32,000 nucleotides of DNA from Ureaplasma parvum serovar 3 str. ATCC 27815 (GTDB lineage: Bacteria; Bacillota_I; Bacilli_A; Mycoplasmatales; Mycoplasmoidaceae): the NCBI RefSeq assembly GCF_000019345.1, contig NC_010503.1, forward strand, positions 690,001 to 722,000. Direction: 5' to 3'. Position 1 is the first letter of the stretch. The number at the start of each line of letters is the position of its first letter. The notes beneath the pieces were generated by a model, which saw only the letters and a list, made by a program, of their open reading frames with translations, had not been told where the DNA came from and searched no databases. Shown here piece after piece: positions 12,647-21,877 of the stretch. The position numbers were made by a program, and so were the translations under genes.

Positions 12647-13780
12647 TTATTTTCCTCCTCTTCTTATACGTGGATCAATAATTTGATATAAAGCATCTCG
12701 AATTGTATAACCAATAATTGTAATTAATGAATAAATAATTACTAATAATAAAATCACGTTGTAATCTTTTGAGATAATTGCTTCAAAAAATAATGAACCT
12801 GAACCTGGAATTTGAAAAATTTGTTCAATAAACAACGCTCCAACAAATGATCCTAAAATTACAAATGGAAAGAATGTTGCAATTGGGAATAATGATGGTT
12901 TTAAAGCATGTAATCACACAAAACGGTTAACAGTTGCACCTTTTAAATACGCAAATTTCGCATGCATTGAGTTTAATTCACGATTCATTTCAACTTTAAT
13001 ATATTGCACATAAACAATAATTGAACCAAGTGATAATGCTAACCCTGGTAAAATATAAGTCACAAAATTATTAATATCAAACGTAAATGGTAATCCAACT
13101 TCTTTACCAATTAATAACAAGATTAACCCAAATACAAGCGAAGGTACAGCTGAAATTACAGAAATAATAACGGTTGATACACTATCTAATATACCTCCTG
13201 GTTTACGCCCAACAAAAATACCTAAAGGGATTCCAATAACTAGAGTTAATAATACTGAAAAAATTCCAACAGCAAAACTTACTAAATAACGAGATCAAAT
13301 AAATGAATTAATTTCAACCCCTGGGCGAATTGAAGTACTTACTCCAAATTCTCCTCTAAAAATATTTGCTAAATAATTAACATAACGAACGCCTATTGGA
13401 CGATCTAAACCATACTGTGCTAGAATGGCTTTTTTCGCTTCTGGTGATGTAATCCCGATCGTTAAAGCAGATTCTCCAGGTACTGAGTTAATTAAAAAGA
13501 ATGTAATTGTAATTACAATTCAAGCTAATAAGAAAAATTCAGCAATTAATTTCAAAGATTTAATAATAAATGTCATAAACTTTGAATCAAAAGTGAAAAA
13601 ATCGATTAATGGATCAACAACACGATCGCGATCTGCTGCTGTTTTTAGTGAACGACCACCACCAAAAATAATAAAATTATTACTAAATGAATAATTAACT
13701 CGTTTTTTTTGGTTTAATATTGGCAATTCACCATAATTGTTTTGCGATGAATTAGCTTCAAAGCTGTTTTTCTGATTCAT
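12647..13780 (-). CDS. oppB: Oligopeptide ABC transporter permease OppB (377 aa)
   Basis: ATG at 13780 with AGGAG upstream. The C-terminal IIDPRIRRGGK is typical of OppB/DppB. Fragments 13520-13780, 12914-13120 and 12647-12835 share a frame, joined by TGA at 13520, 13294 and 12914. Stop is TAA at 12647-12649. Confidence 0.88.
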
Positions 13781-13794
13781 ATAAATCTCCTATT

Positions 13795-14235
13795 TTAAGT
13801 AATTGATTGTGTGGTTTTAATAATATAAGCAATCATACAAGCTAATGCATAAATAAAACTAGGTAAAATGATAATTGTAATTAAAATATTTAAGCGAATT
13901 GTGGCATAATCAATAGATCGTAATTCATATTTAGCATTGATATAAAAACGATCAACTAATTTCATTTCTCACGAACTAAGTTTATACTCATTATATTTTC
14001 TTAATTTAACTGCTCAACGGCGACGATAAACTTGGCGCGAGAAGATAATATATAAGAAAACTACCATAAAGATACATGTATAAGCTATAAAAACATTCAT
14101 ACGGTATTGGTGATAATCTTTAATTAATTCAACAATTAAGTGACTAATAACCATCAATATTAATAATGCAATTAAAACAATAATGCTTTTATAATTTAAT
14201 AAACGATTCGGAAACGATTGTTTTTTTATACTCAT
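13795..14235 (-). CDS. Hypothetical small membrane protein (146 aa, ~3 TM)
   Basis: ATG at 14235 with AAAGGAG upstream. The track ORF 14014-14235 continues through TGA at 14014 and 13969 to TAA at 13795-13797. Hydrophobic segments include IIVLIALLILMVISHLIV, VFIAYTCIFMVVFLYIIF and LITIIILPSFIYALACMIAYII. It sits 14 nt upstream of oppB. Confidence 0.6.
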
Positions 14236-14269
14236 TATTATTTAATAATTACTCCTTTTCTTAATAACT

Positions 14270-15463
14270 TTAATGACAAAAACCATCAGCATGGCAATGA
14301 TGAATACTACCTGGTTTTTTAGGTTCAAGTGTTAAATCAAAATAACTATACATACTATAAATAACATACATTCCTTTAATTAGAGCATTATTGTTTTTTT
14401 GCCCCTGAATTAGAAGATTTTCATATAAATTATCTAAATACTCTTTATTTGTTTTTAAATTAAAAGGTGTAATTTTTTTACCATTCTTTTTAATGAATGT
14501 TGGTGCTAAAAATGCAATTGGTGAAAAGTAAAAATCATCTAATTTATTATTTCAAATATTGGTATAAACAAGATCACGTTCGGGTTTAATAGATGTTTGT
14601 GCAGGACGATCAACAATAAAAATTTGTTTTAAAACAAGATCATTTAAATTAAATAATTTAACATCGTTATCAATATTTAAATCATTAATTTTACTAATCA
14701 TATAACGGACTTTGTTTTGATTATCATCGGTTGGTATAGCTTGTTTAACTCAACGATATAAACTACCACCAGTTATTGTATATCCTTCATAATGTTCTTT
14801 GCTATCTGGATATTTAATAATCGAATGATAAATTTTGACATTTGAATAATTAATTTGCATGCTAATAGCTTCATTAAAATAATCAATTATTGCTTTTTTT
14901 GAACCAAATCAAAAACGTTTAATTTTCTTAGTAAAGTGATAATCATCATTTCTCACTTTTTTGTCAGGTGGAATTGGCTCATAAAATTGAGGTTTAGTTT
15001 GTATATTAATATCACCAATGTCATCAATAACTAAGCCTAATTTATAATTAATATCAAAAGTACCATTATTTGAATTTTTATCTGTATTGTAAATTAAACT
15101 AAAATCATTTAACTTAACATGATATTTTGCATTATATAAATTTAGTAAAGCAAAATTATAAGAATAATATAAATACAAGGAGCGTTTAATTGTTTGATCA
15201 AAATAATCTTTTAAACTCTCATAGAGGTTTAGAAAAATTTTAGTTTCTTTATTTTGAGATTGATTTAATATTTGTTTTTCATTTGCAAGATTAATATTAT
15301 TATTTGTGATTGATTGAAACTTGATTTGCGTATCTTGATTAATTGTTACTTTTTTAGATTTTTTTGTTGAACAACTAGTTAATAAAACTAAACTAATAAT
15401 AGTTGTTAATAATATACTAATAAAGATTATTAATCTTGCTTTGAGATTACTTTTTGTTTTCAT
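14270..15463 (-). CDS. Lipoprotein (397 aa) of unknown function ending in a His/Cys cluster HHCHADGFCH
   Basis: ATG at 15463. Signal peptide with lipobox (LVLLTS|C). The track ORF 14909-15463 continues through TGA at 14909, 14750 and 14552. All codons were read and the first real stop is TAA at 14270-14272. The terminal HHCHADGFCH is encoded at 14273-14302. Confidence 0.75.
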
Positions 15464-15525
15464 ATATACTTGCCCTAAAATCTTATGTTAAAGAGCCTAC
15501 ACTTCCTTTAATTTATTTTGATTTA

Positions 15526-15705
15526 TTAAAAATACATTTTGTTAATAATGCTTCAACGCTTATTAATTTTAATTGTATTAATATACATCTTATAAATAAT
15601 AGAAATGCAAATAATAATAAAACGAGAGCAAAAAATACGTTTGCCATAAAAAATGCGAATGGTATGATTAAAAAATTTATTTTGATTATTATTTAAATTA
15701 ATCAT
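15526..15705 (-). CDS. Possible 59-aa leader or small basic hydrophobic peptide upstream of the lipoprotein-opp operon
   Basis: ATG at 15705 is preceded by AAAAGGAG about 11 nt upstream. It contains one in-frame TGA and ends at TAA 15526-15528. No homology was recognised, the composition is close to intergenic, and the ORF is below the track size cutoff. Confidence 0.25.
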
Positions 15706-15738
15706 CGTATTTTTTTCTCCTTTTGGTTATTGTGTTAT

Positions 15739-15744
15739 ATTATA
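15739..15744 (-). promoter_or_regulatory. Candidate -10 box (TATAAT on minus strand) for the sORF-lipoprotein-opp polycistron
   Basis: An exact TATAAT lies ~34 nt upstream of the sORF ATG, just downstream of the YitT terminator. No convincing -35 is present (the hexamer at 17-nt spacing is TATATA). Confidence 0.35.
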
Positions 15745-15853
15745 AGGTTTTTTTACTAAAATATATAATTAAATACCAAATATTACATTTTTTTTTACAA
15801 AAATAATCATTAATAAACTTATTTTTAACTAATTTATTTCAAAAAAAATAAAA

Positions 15854-15876
15854 AAAATGGTCACGACGACCATTTT
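15854..15876 (-). terminator. Rho-independent terminator after the YitT-family gene
   Basis: Perfect 9-bp stem AAAATGGTC/GACCATTTT with a 5-nt loop. On the minus strand it is followed by a long T run (A run 15841-15853 on plus). It starts 17 nt after the stop at 15893. Confidence 0.8.
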
Positions 15877-15892
15877 ATTTCTCATTAAATTT

Positions 15893-17377
15893 TTAACTAA
15901 TAGTAGATTTCTTAACAACCATTTCTCCATCAATATCAATAATTGGATAGATCACTATTAAACAATTCTTATCAATATCGCGCACTAAATGAATTAAAGA
16001 TGGTAACTCAATATATGGAGAAATAATTTCTAATGAATAATTTGTTCTTAATGTTAATGAATCACTTAAACTATTTAAAGTAATTGAATTATTAAAATCA
16101 TTAGCACGTAAATTTTCAATGATAGCATTAACGTTTTTTGAATAAACTTGAATTTTCAAACTTTTATGTTTTGGAAAATAAATGTTAAAAACAATTCCTA
16201 AAACAATTGAAGCAAGAATTGATGCTACCATATTTGGTGAAAAGAAATATTGTGCATCTCAATAACGAGAGTTAATCATACCAGCAGGAATGAATGATCC
16301 TAAAACAATTCCAATAATCAATGTTGCAACATTAAAATAGGTTAATATTGAACCGGTAGGTTTTCCATATTTTTTAGAATATCAAAATGAGATAATATCT
16401 GTTCCACCTGACGAACCTCCAGCAATATAAACAATCGATAAGAAGATACCATCAAAAATTGGATAAATAACTGCATAAATTAGAATTGAAGGAATTTTAC
16501 TTGCTTGATCAGGATCTACTCAAGATAAAATTTGTACTTTATTAATAATAAGATCATGAAAAATATATAAGGGCTTAGCAAATTCATACAAAGATTGTCG
16601 ATAAGTCAAACTTTGGTTTAAATGAAATAAATCACCAATTGTCGCATTAGGATTTGCTTGTACATAATGCATAAATTCATCAGCAATTTTTGAATTAGTA
16701 ATATTAGAATAATTCAAGACACCAGTTTCAATATTTTTAACTATTTTTTCATCTAAAATACCATTAGTAAAAAACAAATTAATAGGTGGATAACTTAAAC
16801 GGTTGTCGCCAAAAATCATAATTTTTTCTACGTTTGGAATTTGACTTAAAGCAAAACCAAAAACTTGCACAGTAATAATATATGTCAATGTCATTAATGT
16901 AAAATGCTTGCCAATTTTTTTATAAGAAAAAATTAATAAAGGAATATTTACAAAAATTGCAAATAATCAAAACATAATATCGTATGCTAATTTGGCTTCT
17001 TTTGGTGAACTATGATTTGAAATCATAATTGATTGTAAAATTCGTGCGATCCCTTGTGATGTTCCCATAATGCCAGCTGAATAAATTCCAGTATTATGAA
17101 CTAATAATAAAACTAATAAACTCGCAAGAAGTGAAAAAATAACAATAATTAAGTAACGTAAGAAGATTTTTTTAGTTGAATAAAGAGCGGCAAACTTTAA
17201 AAGGCCTGCTTTATAACGAATTTTTTCAATTTGTACACTTTGTTGAATAGTTGCTTCGTTGCTTATTTGTTTTAATAAATTATTTTCTGTTCTTAATACT
17301 TCTTTAGTTTTATTTGTTCAATTAAAAATCTTTTTAATTTTGTTTTTATGATGCGTTTTTTCTTCGTTATTACTCAA
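15893..17377 (-). CDS. YitT-family (DUF2179-containing) integral membrane protein, 494 aa
   Basis: TTG start at 17377 (TAA immediately upstream in frame, AAAAGGGG 9 nt upstream). Fragments 16520-16894 and 15893-16231 share a frame, and the gaps are joined only by TGA. The YitT-type motif GGSSGGTDII and a C-terminal soluble domain resembling DUF2179 are present. Confidence 0.7.
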
Positions 17378-17460
17378 TTAAATCAACCCCTTTTAGTCTT
17401 TTTATAAAAAGAAAGAATTTTATATTCTACTCAAAATAATATTTTAAGGATAAACATAAA

Positions 17461-17495
17461 AAAAACAACAACTATTTATAGTAATTGTTGTTTTT
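17461..17495 (-). terminator. Rho-independent terminator after rplS
   Basis: 11-bp arms AAAAACAACAA/TTGTTGTTTTT with an inner ACTAT/ATAGT pairing. A T8 run follows on the minus strand. It lies 17 nt after the rplS stop. Confidence 0.7.
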
Positions 17496-17511
17496 ATTCA
17501 AATAAAACATT

Positions 17512-17883
17512 TTATTGTTTATTTAATTCTTTAATTCTTGCAGATTTGCCTGAACGATTACGCATGTATGAAATATAAGCACGTCTTACTTTACCATACT
17601 TGATAACTTCAATTTTTTCAACAAGTGGAGAATGAATATTGAATGATTGTTCAACACCTATACCACTTGATTCTTTACGAACAATAACTGTTTCACTTGA
17701 ACCAGAACCACGACGACGTAAAACAACGCCTTCAAACTTTTGAATTCGTGATTTTTTTCCTTCTACAATTCGATTATGAACGATAATTGTATCACCAGAA
17801 TCAAAATTAGGAATATCTGTTTTTAATTGTGTTGAATTAACAAAATTCATAATTTCGCCTTTGTTAATCTTAAATAAAGCCAT
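17512..17883 (-). CDS. rplS: 50S ribosomal protein L19
   Basis: Intact 123-aa ORF with clear L19 sequence (FDSGDTIIVHNRIVEGKKSRIQKFEGVVL). AGGTG overlaps the trmD stop. An internal ATG (MNFVN..) at 17850 is an alternative start. Confidence 0.93.
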   Translation of the reverse strand: MALFKINKGEIMNFVNSTQLKTDIPNFDSGDTIIVHNRIVEGKKSRIQKFEGVVLRRRGSGSSETVIVRKESSGIGVEQSFNIHSPLVEKIEVIKYGKVRRAYISYMRNRSGKSARIKELNKQ

Positions 17884-17892
17884 TTTTTACAC

Positions 17893-18579
17893 CTACTTTT
17901 TGTTATTTAAATATTTTTGATATAAATCAGGACGATTCTTTTTAGTAATCGTCTCTTGTTGCTGTTTACGAAAATCAGCAATATTTTTATGATGACCAGA
18001 TAATAGTATATCCGGTACTTTATGCCCTTCAAAAACAAGAGGGCGTGTGTAAACAGGATAATCTAATAAGTAGTTATTAAATGATTCAGTTTCTAAACTA
18101 GAAGGAGAAATAACGCCATCTAACAAACGAATAACAGCATCAGAAATTACCATACTTGGTAATTCCCCCCCTGTTAAGACAAAATCACCGATACTATATT
18201 GGGCGTCAATGTAATAATTAATACGTTCATCAAAACCTTCATAATGACCAGCAATAATGATGATATGATCATATTTACTAACAAAATTGTTTGCTAATTC
18301 TTGATTAAAAACTTGACCTTTTGGTGTTGTTAAAATCACATATGAATTAGAAGAACGAATTGCACGAATGGCAGCAACAATTGGTTCAATCCTTAAAACC
18401 ATACCTGCTCCGCCACCATATTGGTAATCATCAACTTTTTTATGTTTATCATTTGTATATAAACGAAAATCGATAACTTCTATTATAACTTGGTTATTTT
18501 TAATAGCATTACTAATAATTGAATGCTTTATCCATGTTTCATATAATTCAGGAAATAAAGATAAAATCGATATTTTCAT
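17893..18579 (-). CDS. trmD: tRNA (guanine37-N1)-methyltransferase TrmD
   Basis: Intact 228-aa ORF. TrmD hallmarks are present ([36 protein letters not shown]). It is in the conserved rpsP-trmD-rplS context. Confidence 0.93.
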
Positions 18580-18591
18580 TAATGTTATAAA

Positions 18592-18888
18592 TTATTTAGC
18601 TTTACTTAAAGCAGCTTTACGTTTTTTATTTGCATCTTTTAAAGCAATAAATTCTTTTCAAATACCTTCTTGTGATAAGATATTTTTTACCGTTTCACTA
18701 GGTTGTGCTCCGTTTTGTAATTGAGCTAAAATAGCTTCTTTTTTTAAAACAACTTGTCCTAAAACAGGATCATAATGACCTAAATTTTCAATATATGCAC
18801 CATTAGCTTTGGTTTTAGCATCCATAACTACAATACGAAAAAATGGTTTTTTATGTGTTCCTACTCTTGTTAATCTAATCTTTACCAA
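18592..18888 (-). CDS. rpsP: 30S ribosomal protein S16 (98 aa)
   Basis: The likely start is TTG at 18888, giving (M)VKIRLTRVG, 6 nt after GAGGTG. The GTG start at 18897 in the track lies inside that SD. The ORF continues through TGA at 18658 to TAA at 18592-18594. Confidence 0.9.
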
Positions 18889-18929
18889 AATTTTCACCTC
18901 GTTTGTTTTATTATTAAAATAACTTTTAA

Positions 18930-18958
18930 ATTATAAATAAAAAAAACCAAGCTGTCAA
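18930..18958 (-). promoter_or_regulatory. Consensus sigma-70/A-type promoter for rpsP-trmD-rplS
   Basis: The minus strand reads TTGACA (18958-18953), a 17-nt spacer, then TATAAT (18935-18930), 42 nt upstream of the rpsP start. It lies inside the upstream terminator hairpin. Confidence 0.75.
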
Positions 18959-18985
18959 GTATTTTTACTTAACGCTTTGGTTTTT
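18942..18985 (-). terminator. Rho-independent terminator after the HAD hydrolase gene
   Basis: Arms AAAAACCAAGC (18942-18952) and GCTTTGGTTTTT (18974-18985) pair with one bulge, with an inner AAGTA/TACTT pairing. A T8 run follows on the minus strand. The hairpin overlaps the stop codon at 18984-18986. Confidence 0.65.
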
Positions 18986-19817
18986 ATTTTAGTAAGTAAT
19001 TATTAATAAATAATGCAACAGAATTAGAATTATTTTTATAATTAATAATCACATCAACATGTTCAATAATTGTTTTAGATTTAGTTCTAGCAGCCGCTGC
19101 TAAACCACTAATTTTAAACATTGGAATATCATTAGGCGAATCGCCAATCGTTGCAACCTTATCTAAATTAATCTGGTATAAATTAGCAATAAATCGTAAT
19201 GATGATGCCTTATTAATATTTTTATTAGTCACTTCAACAATGTATTTTGAGGTGAATGAAATATTTACTTGATCACTAAATTCTTTAATCAATTGATCTA
19301 TAACCTCGTGTTTTAATTTTTTAACAAAATTTGAAGGTAAAATATTAATTTTATAAAATTTATCATTTTTATTAAAAATTGGGTTTAAACAAACTTTTCT
19401 TTTTGTGTGATGAAGTTGTAATAAAAATTTATAGTTAATATTATAAACATCTAAAAAATGTGTTTGCATAAACCTTTGGTTATATGGTCAAAATCCTAAT
19501 CCATGTTTTAATGAAAATTTATAGATTTCATTCACTATATCTTTATTAATTGTTGATTCAAACAATACTTTTTCATTAATAACATCATAAATATATGAGC
19601 CATTAAAACATGAAATATATTGGATTAATTCCTTGATTTGATCATGAATTAAATGCACAATCTTTAAAGTATTTTCTAATGAACGTCCTGTACTTAGTAC
19701 AACCTTACCGCCTAAACTAATATATTTTTTTAATCCTTGTAAATTAGCTTTACTAATGTTTTTTGTTTTCGTTAATAAAGTACCATCTAGATCAATAACT
19801 AACATCTTATATTGCAT
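18984..19817 (-). CDS. Cof-type HAD-IIB family hydrolase/phosphatase (277 aa)
   Basis: The N-terminus MLVIDLDGTLL carries the DxDGT motif, with a distal GDSPNDIPMF motif. Fragments 19488-19817 and 18984-19469 share a frame, joined by TGA at 19488. AAGGAAA lies upstream. Confidence 0.85.
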
Positions 19818-19847
19818 ATTTTATAATTTCCTTAAAGGCTCTAATTT

Positions 19848-21638
19848 TTATAAACCGTTTGAAATTAAATCATCAATATCAACTTCTTGTTCAATTTCTT
19901 CAACTTCAGCTTGTTTGATAAATTCAACATAATTATTGTCTTTTCTAAACTGTTCGACCAAATCATTATTAATAATTGTGACATTAATAATTGGATTTTT
20001 CTTACGTCATTTTCAAACAATTGATTTAACATTTCCACTAACTATTTCTTTTAGTTTTTTTTCATCAAATTCTTTTTTTGCCAACGCTTCTTCTAAACTT
20101 GATTTTGCTACATTAGAAATTTTATTAATTAAATTAGTTGATTCTTTGGCAAAAAAACATCCTCGTGTTGAAATACTTACAGCAGAGTTTAACTTAGCTT
20201 TTTTAAAATCAGCATTTAAAACTAGATTTAAAATACCATCACTGGATAAAACAACACGTTCACTTAATAATTTACTAATTTTAGAACTAATTTCATAACC
20301 ATTAATAAATTTAGGTTCAGCATCAACATAAATATTAGTATGACTTAAAACACCATCTAATAATTGTAATTTTTGGCCATTTGGTGCAATAATGACATGG
20401 TCTTTATCAAAACCTTGGTCAACAGCATTTTGTTTTAAAGCACGAAACATTTTATATTCCCCATGGATTGGAAATAAATATGATGGATTAATTGCTTTAA
20501 TCATTAATTGGTGTTCACTCCGTGTGGCATGACCAGAAGCATGAATCTTTTTGTTAGGTGAATTTTCATAAACTGTTAATCCGAGTTTATAAAGTTTATT
20601 AACCATTGCTTCGACTTGAGCATAGTTTCCTGGGATTGGATTTGATGATAAGATAATTGTATCTGATGGTTTTAAAGTAATTTTTGAGTGGTTATTATTA
20701 GCCATAACATTTAAAGCCGCCATTTTTTCACCTTGTGAACCAGTTAAAATTACAACAATTTCATGATCTTTATAAAATGGCAATTCTTTATGTGTGATAA
20801 ATGAAGATTCAGGAACATTTAAATAACCCAATTTTCGACTTGTTTTAATATTAGCTTCCATTGATTTACCAATGATACAGATTTTTTTATTTAAACCAAC
20901 AGCTATAGCAATAATTTCTTCAACACGACCTAAATTAGAAGCAAATGTTGAAATAAAAGTTCGTCCTTTAATATTTACCATATAATCACGAATGTTATCA
21001 ATAACATATCGTTCACTTTCACTAAATCCAGGAATTTCAGCACTTGTTGATTCGCACATTAATACTGAGATTCCACGATTAGAAATTTGTGAAATCTTAG
21101 CTAAATTAGTCTCATCACCAGCTGTAGCAAAATCAAATCTAAAATCACCAGTTGTTACAATGTATCCGTTTGGTGTTTTTACACAAATTCCAAATGAATC
21201 AGGAATTGAATGACAAACACGATAAAAATCAACTTCAAAATATTTTGTTTTATACATTGACTCATCTTCAAAGACAATAATACGCGGAGGTTTAATATCT
21301 TTATATTCACTTAAACGACGTTCAATTAATTTTGCTGCTAATGTTGGTGCATAGATAGTCTTAATTTTAACATGTCGCAAAATGTGAGGAATCCCCCCAA
21401 TATGGTCTTCATGACCATGAGTAACTACTAATGAATGAATTTTATGATTGTTTTTTATTAAATAATCAAAATTGGCAACAGTTCCATCAAATCCTGGTAA
21501 AGATGCATTAGCAAATTTAATGCCCGCATCAATTAAAATAATTTCATCTTCATGTTCAACAACATAAGTGTTTTTACCAATTTCTTCTAGCCCCCCTAAA
21601 GCATAAACATATGTAGGACTTTTTTTGGTATTTTCCAT
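19848..21638 (-). CDS. rnj: Ribonuclease J (beta-CASP metallo-beta-lactamase RNase), 596 aa
   Basis: ATG at 21638 with TAAGGAG upstream. The HGHEDHIGG metallo-beta-lactamase motif and ASGHA beta-CASP motif are present. The track ORF ends at TGA 20013, and reading on through a second TGA at 20007 reaches TAA at 19848-19850. Confidence 0.93.
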
Positions 21639-21676
21639 TTTAACTCCTTATAATTGGTTTTATTATTAAAAATTTA

Positions 21677-21705
21677 TTTATATAAACATATAAACAATGT
21701 TGTAA
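21677..21705 (-). promoter_or_regulatory. Candidate promoter for rnj
   Basis: The minus strand reads TTACAA (21705-21700), a 17-nt spacer, then TATAAA (21682-21677), 38 nt upstream of the rnj ATG. Confidence 0.45.
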
Positions 21706-21820
21706 CATCATTTATACAAATCTTGATATATATTATTAATAATAATTATATTAGAAAAAGTTAAAAATATGAAAAATGATTATTATTTTAGTTGATATTG
21801 AAGTTATATTTAATAAATTA

Positions 21821-21854
21821 AAAAGTATTAAGAATTATACTACTCTTAATACTT
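21821..21854 (-). terminator. Rho-independent terminator after the helicase gene
   Basis: Perfect 12-bp arms AAAGTATTAAGA/TCTTAATACTTT with a 10-nt loop. A T-rich tract follows on the minus strand. It begins 24 nt after the stop at 21878. Confidence 0.65.
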
Positions 21855-21877
21855 TGTACAATTAGTGAATATTTTGA

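Noticed and set aside
15454-15696. Plus-strand 80-aa ORF in the lipoprotein upstream region.
   Set aside because: It overlaps the lipoprotein start codon and the leader on the opposite strand. It has no SD and its Asn/Ile-rich composition is an artefact.
15788-15796. T9 homopolymer (A9 on the minus strand) upstream of the opp polycistron, considered as a possible phase-variation tract.
   Set aside because: It does not fall between a recognisable -35/-10 pair (the spacing to candidate hexamers is wrong). A single 9-mer A/T run is unremarkable at this base composition. It would need population sequencing to revisit.
18165-18171. C7 run (G7 on the coding strand) inside trmD, considered as a slipped-strand switch.
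   Set aside because: It simply encodes the conserved TGGELP motif of an essential gene, and the frame is intact.
18580-18591. Absence of rimM (and the KH-domain gene) between rpsP and trmD.
   Set aside because: Only 12 nt separate the two genes. A direct rpsP-trmD-rplS arrangement is the usual reduced layout in Mollicutes, so it is not a novel deletion.
21639-21877. 239-bp AT-rich spacer with a tandem TATAAACA duplication and a 14-codon plus-strand mini-ORF.
   Set aside because: It is explained by the helicase terminator plus the rnj promoter region. The 8-mer duplication and mini-ORF are within chance expectation for this composition.
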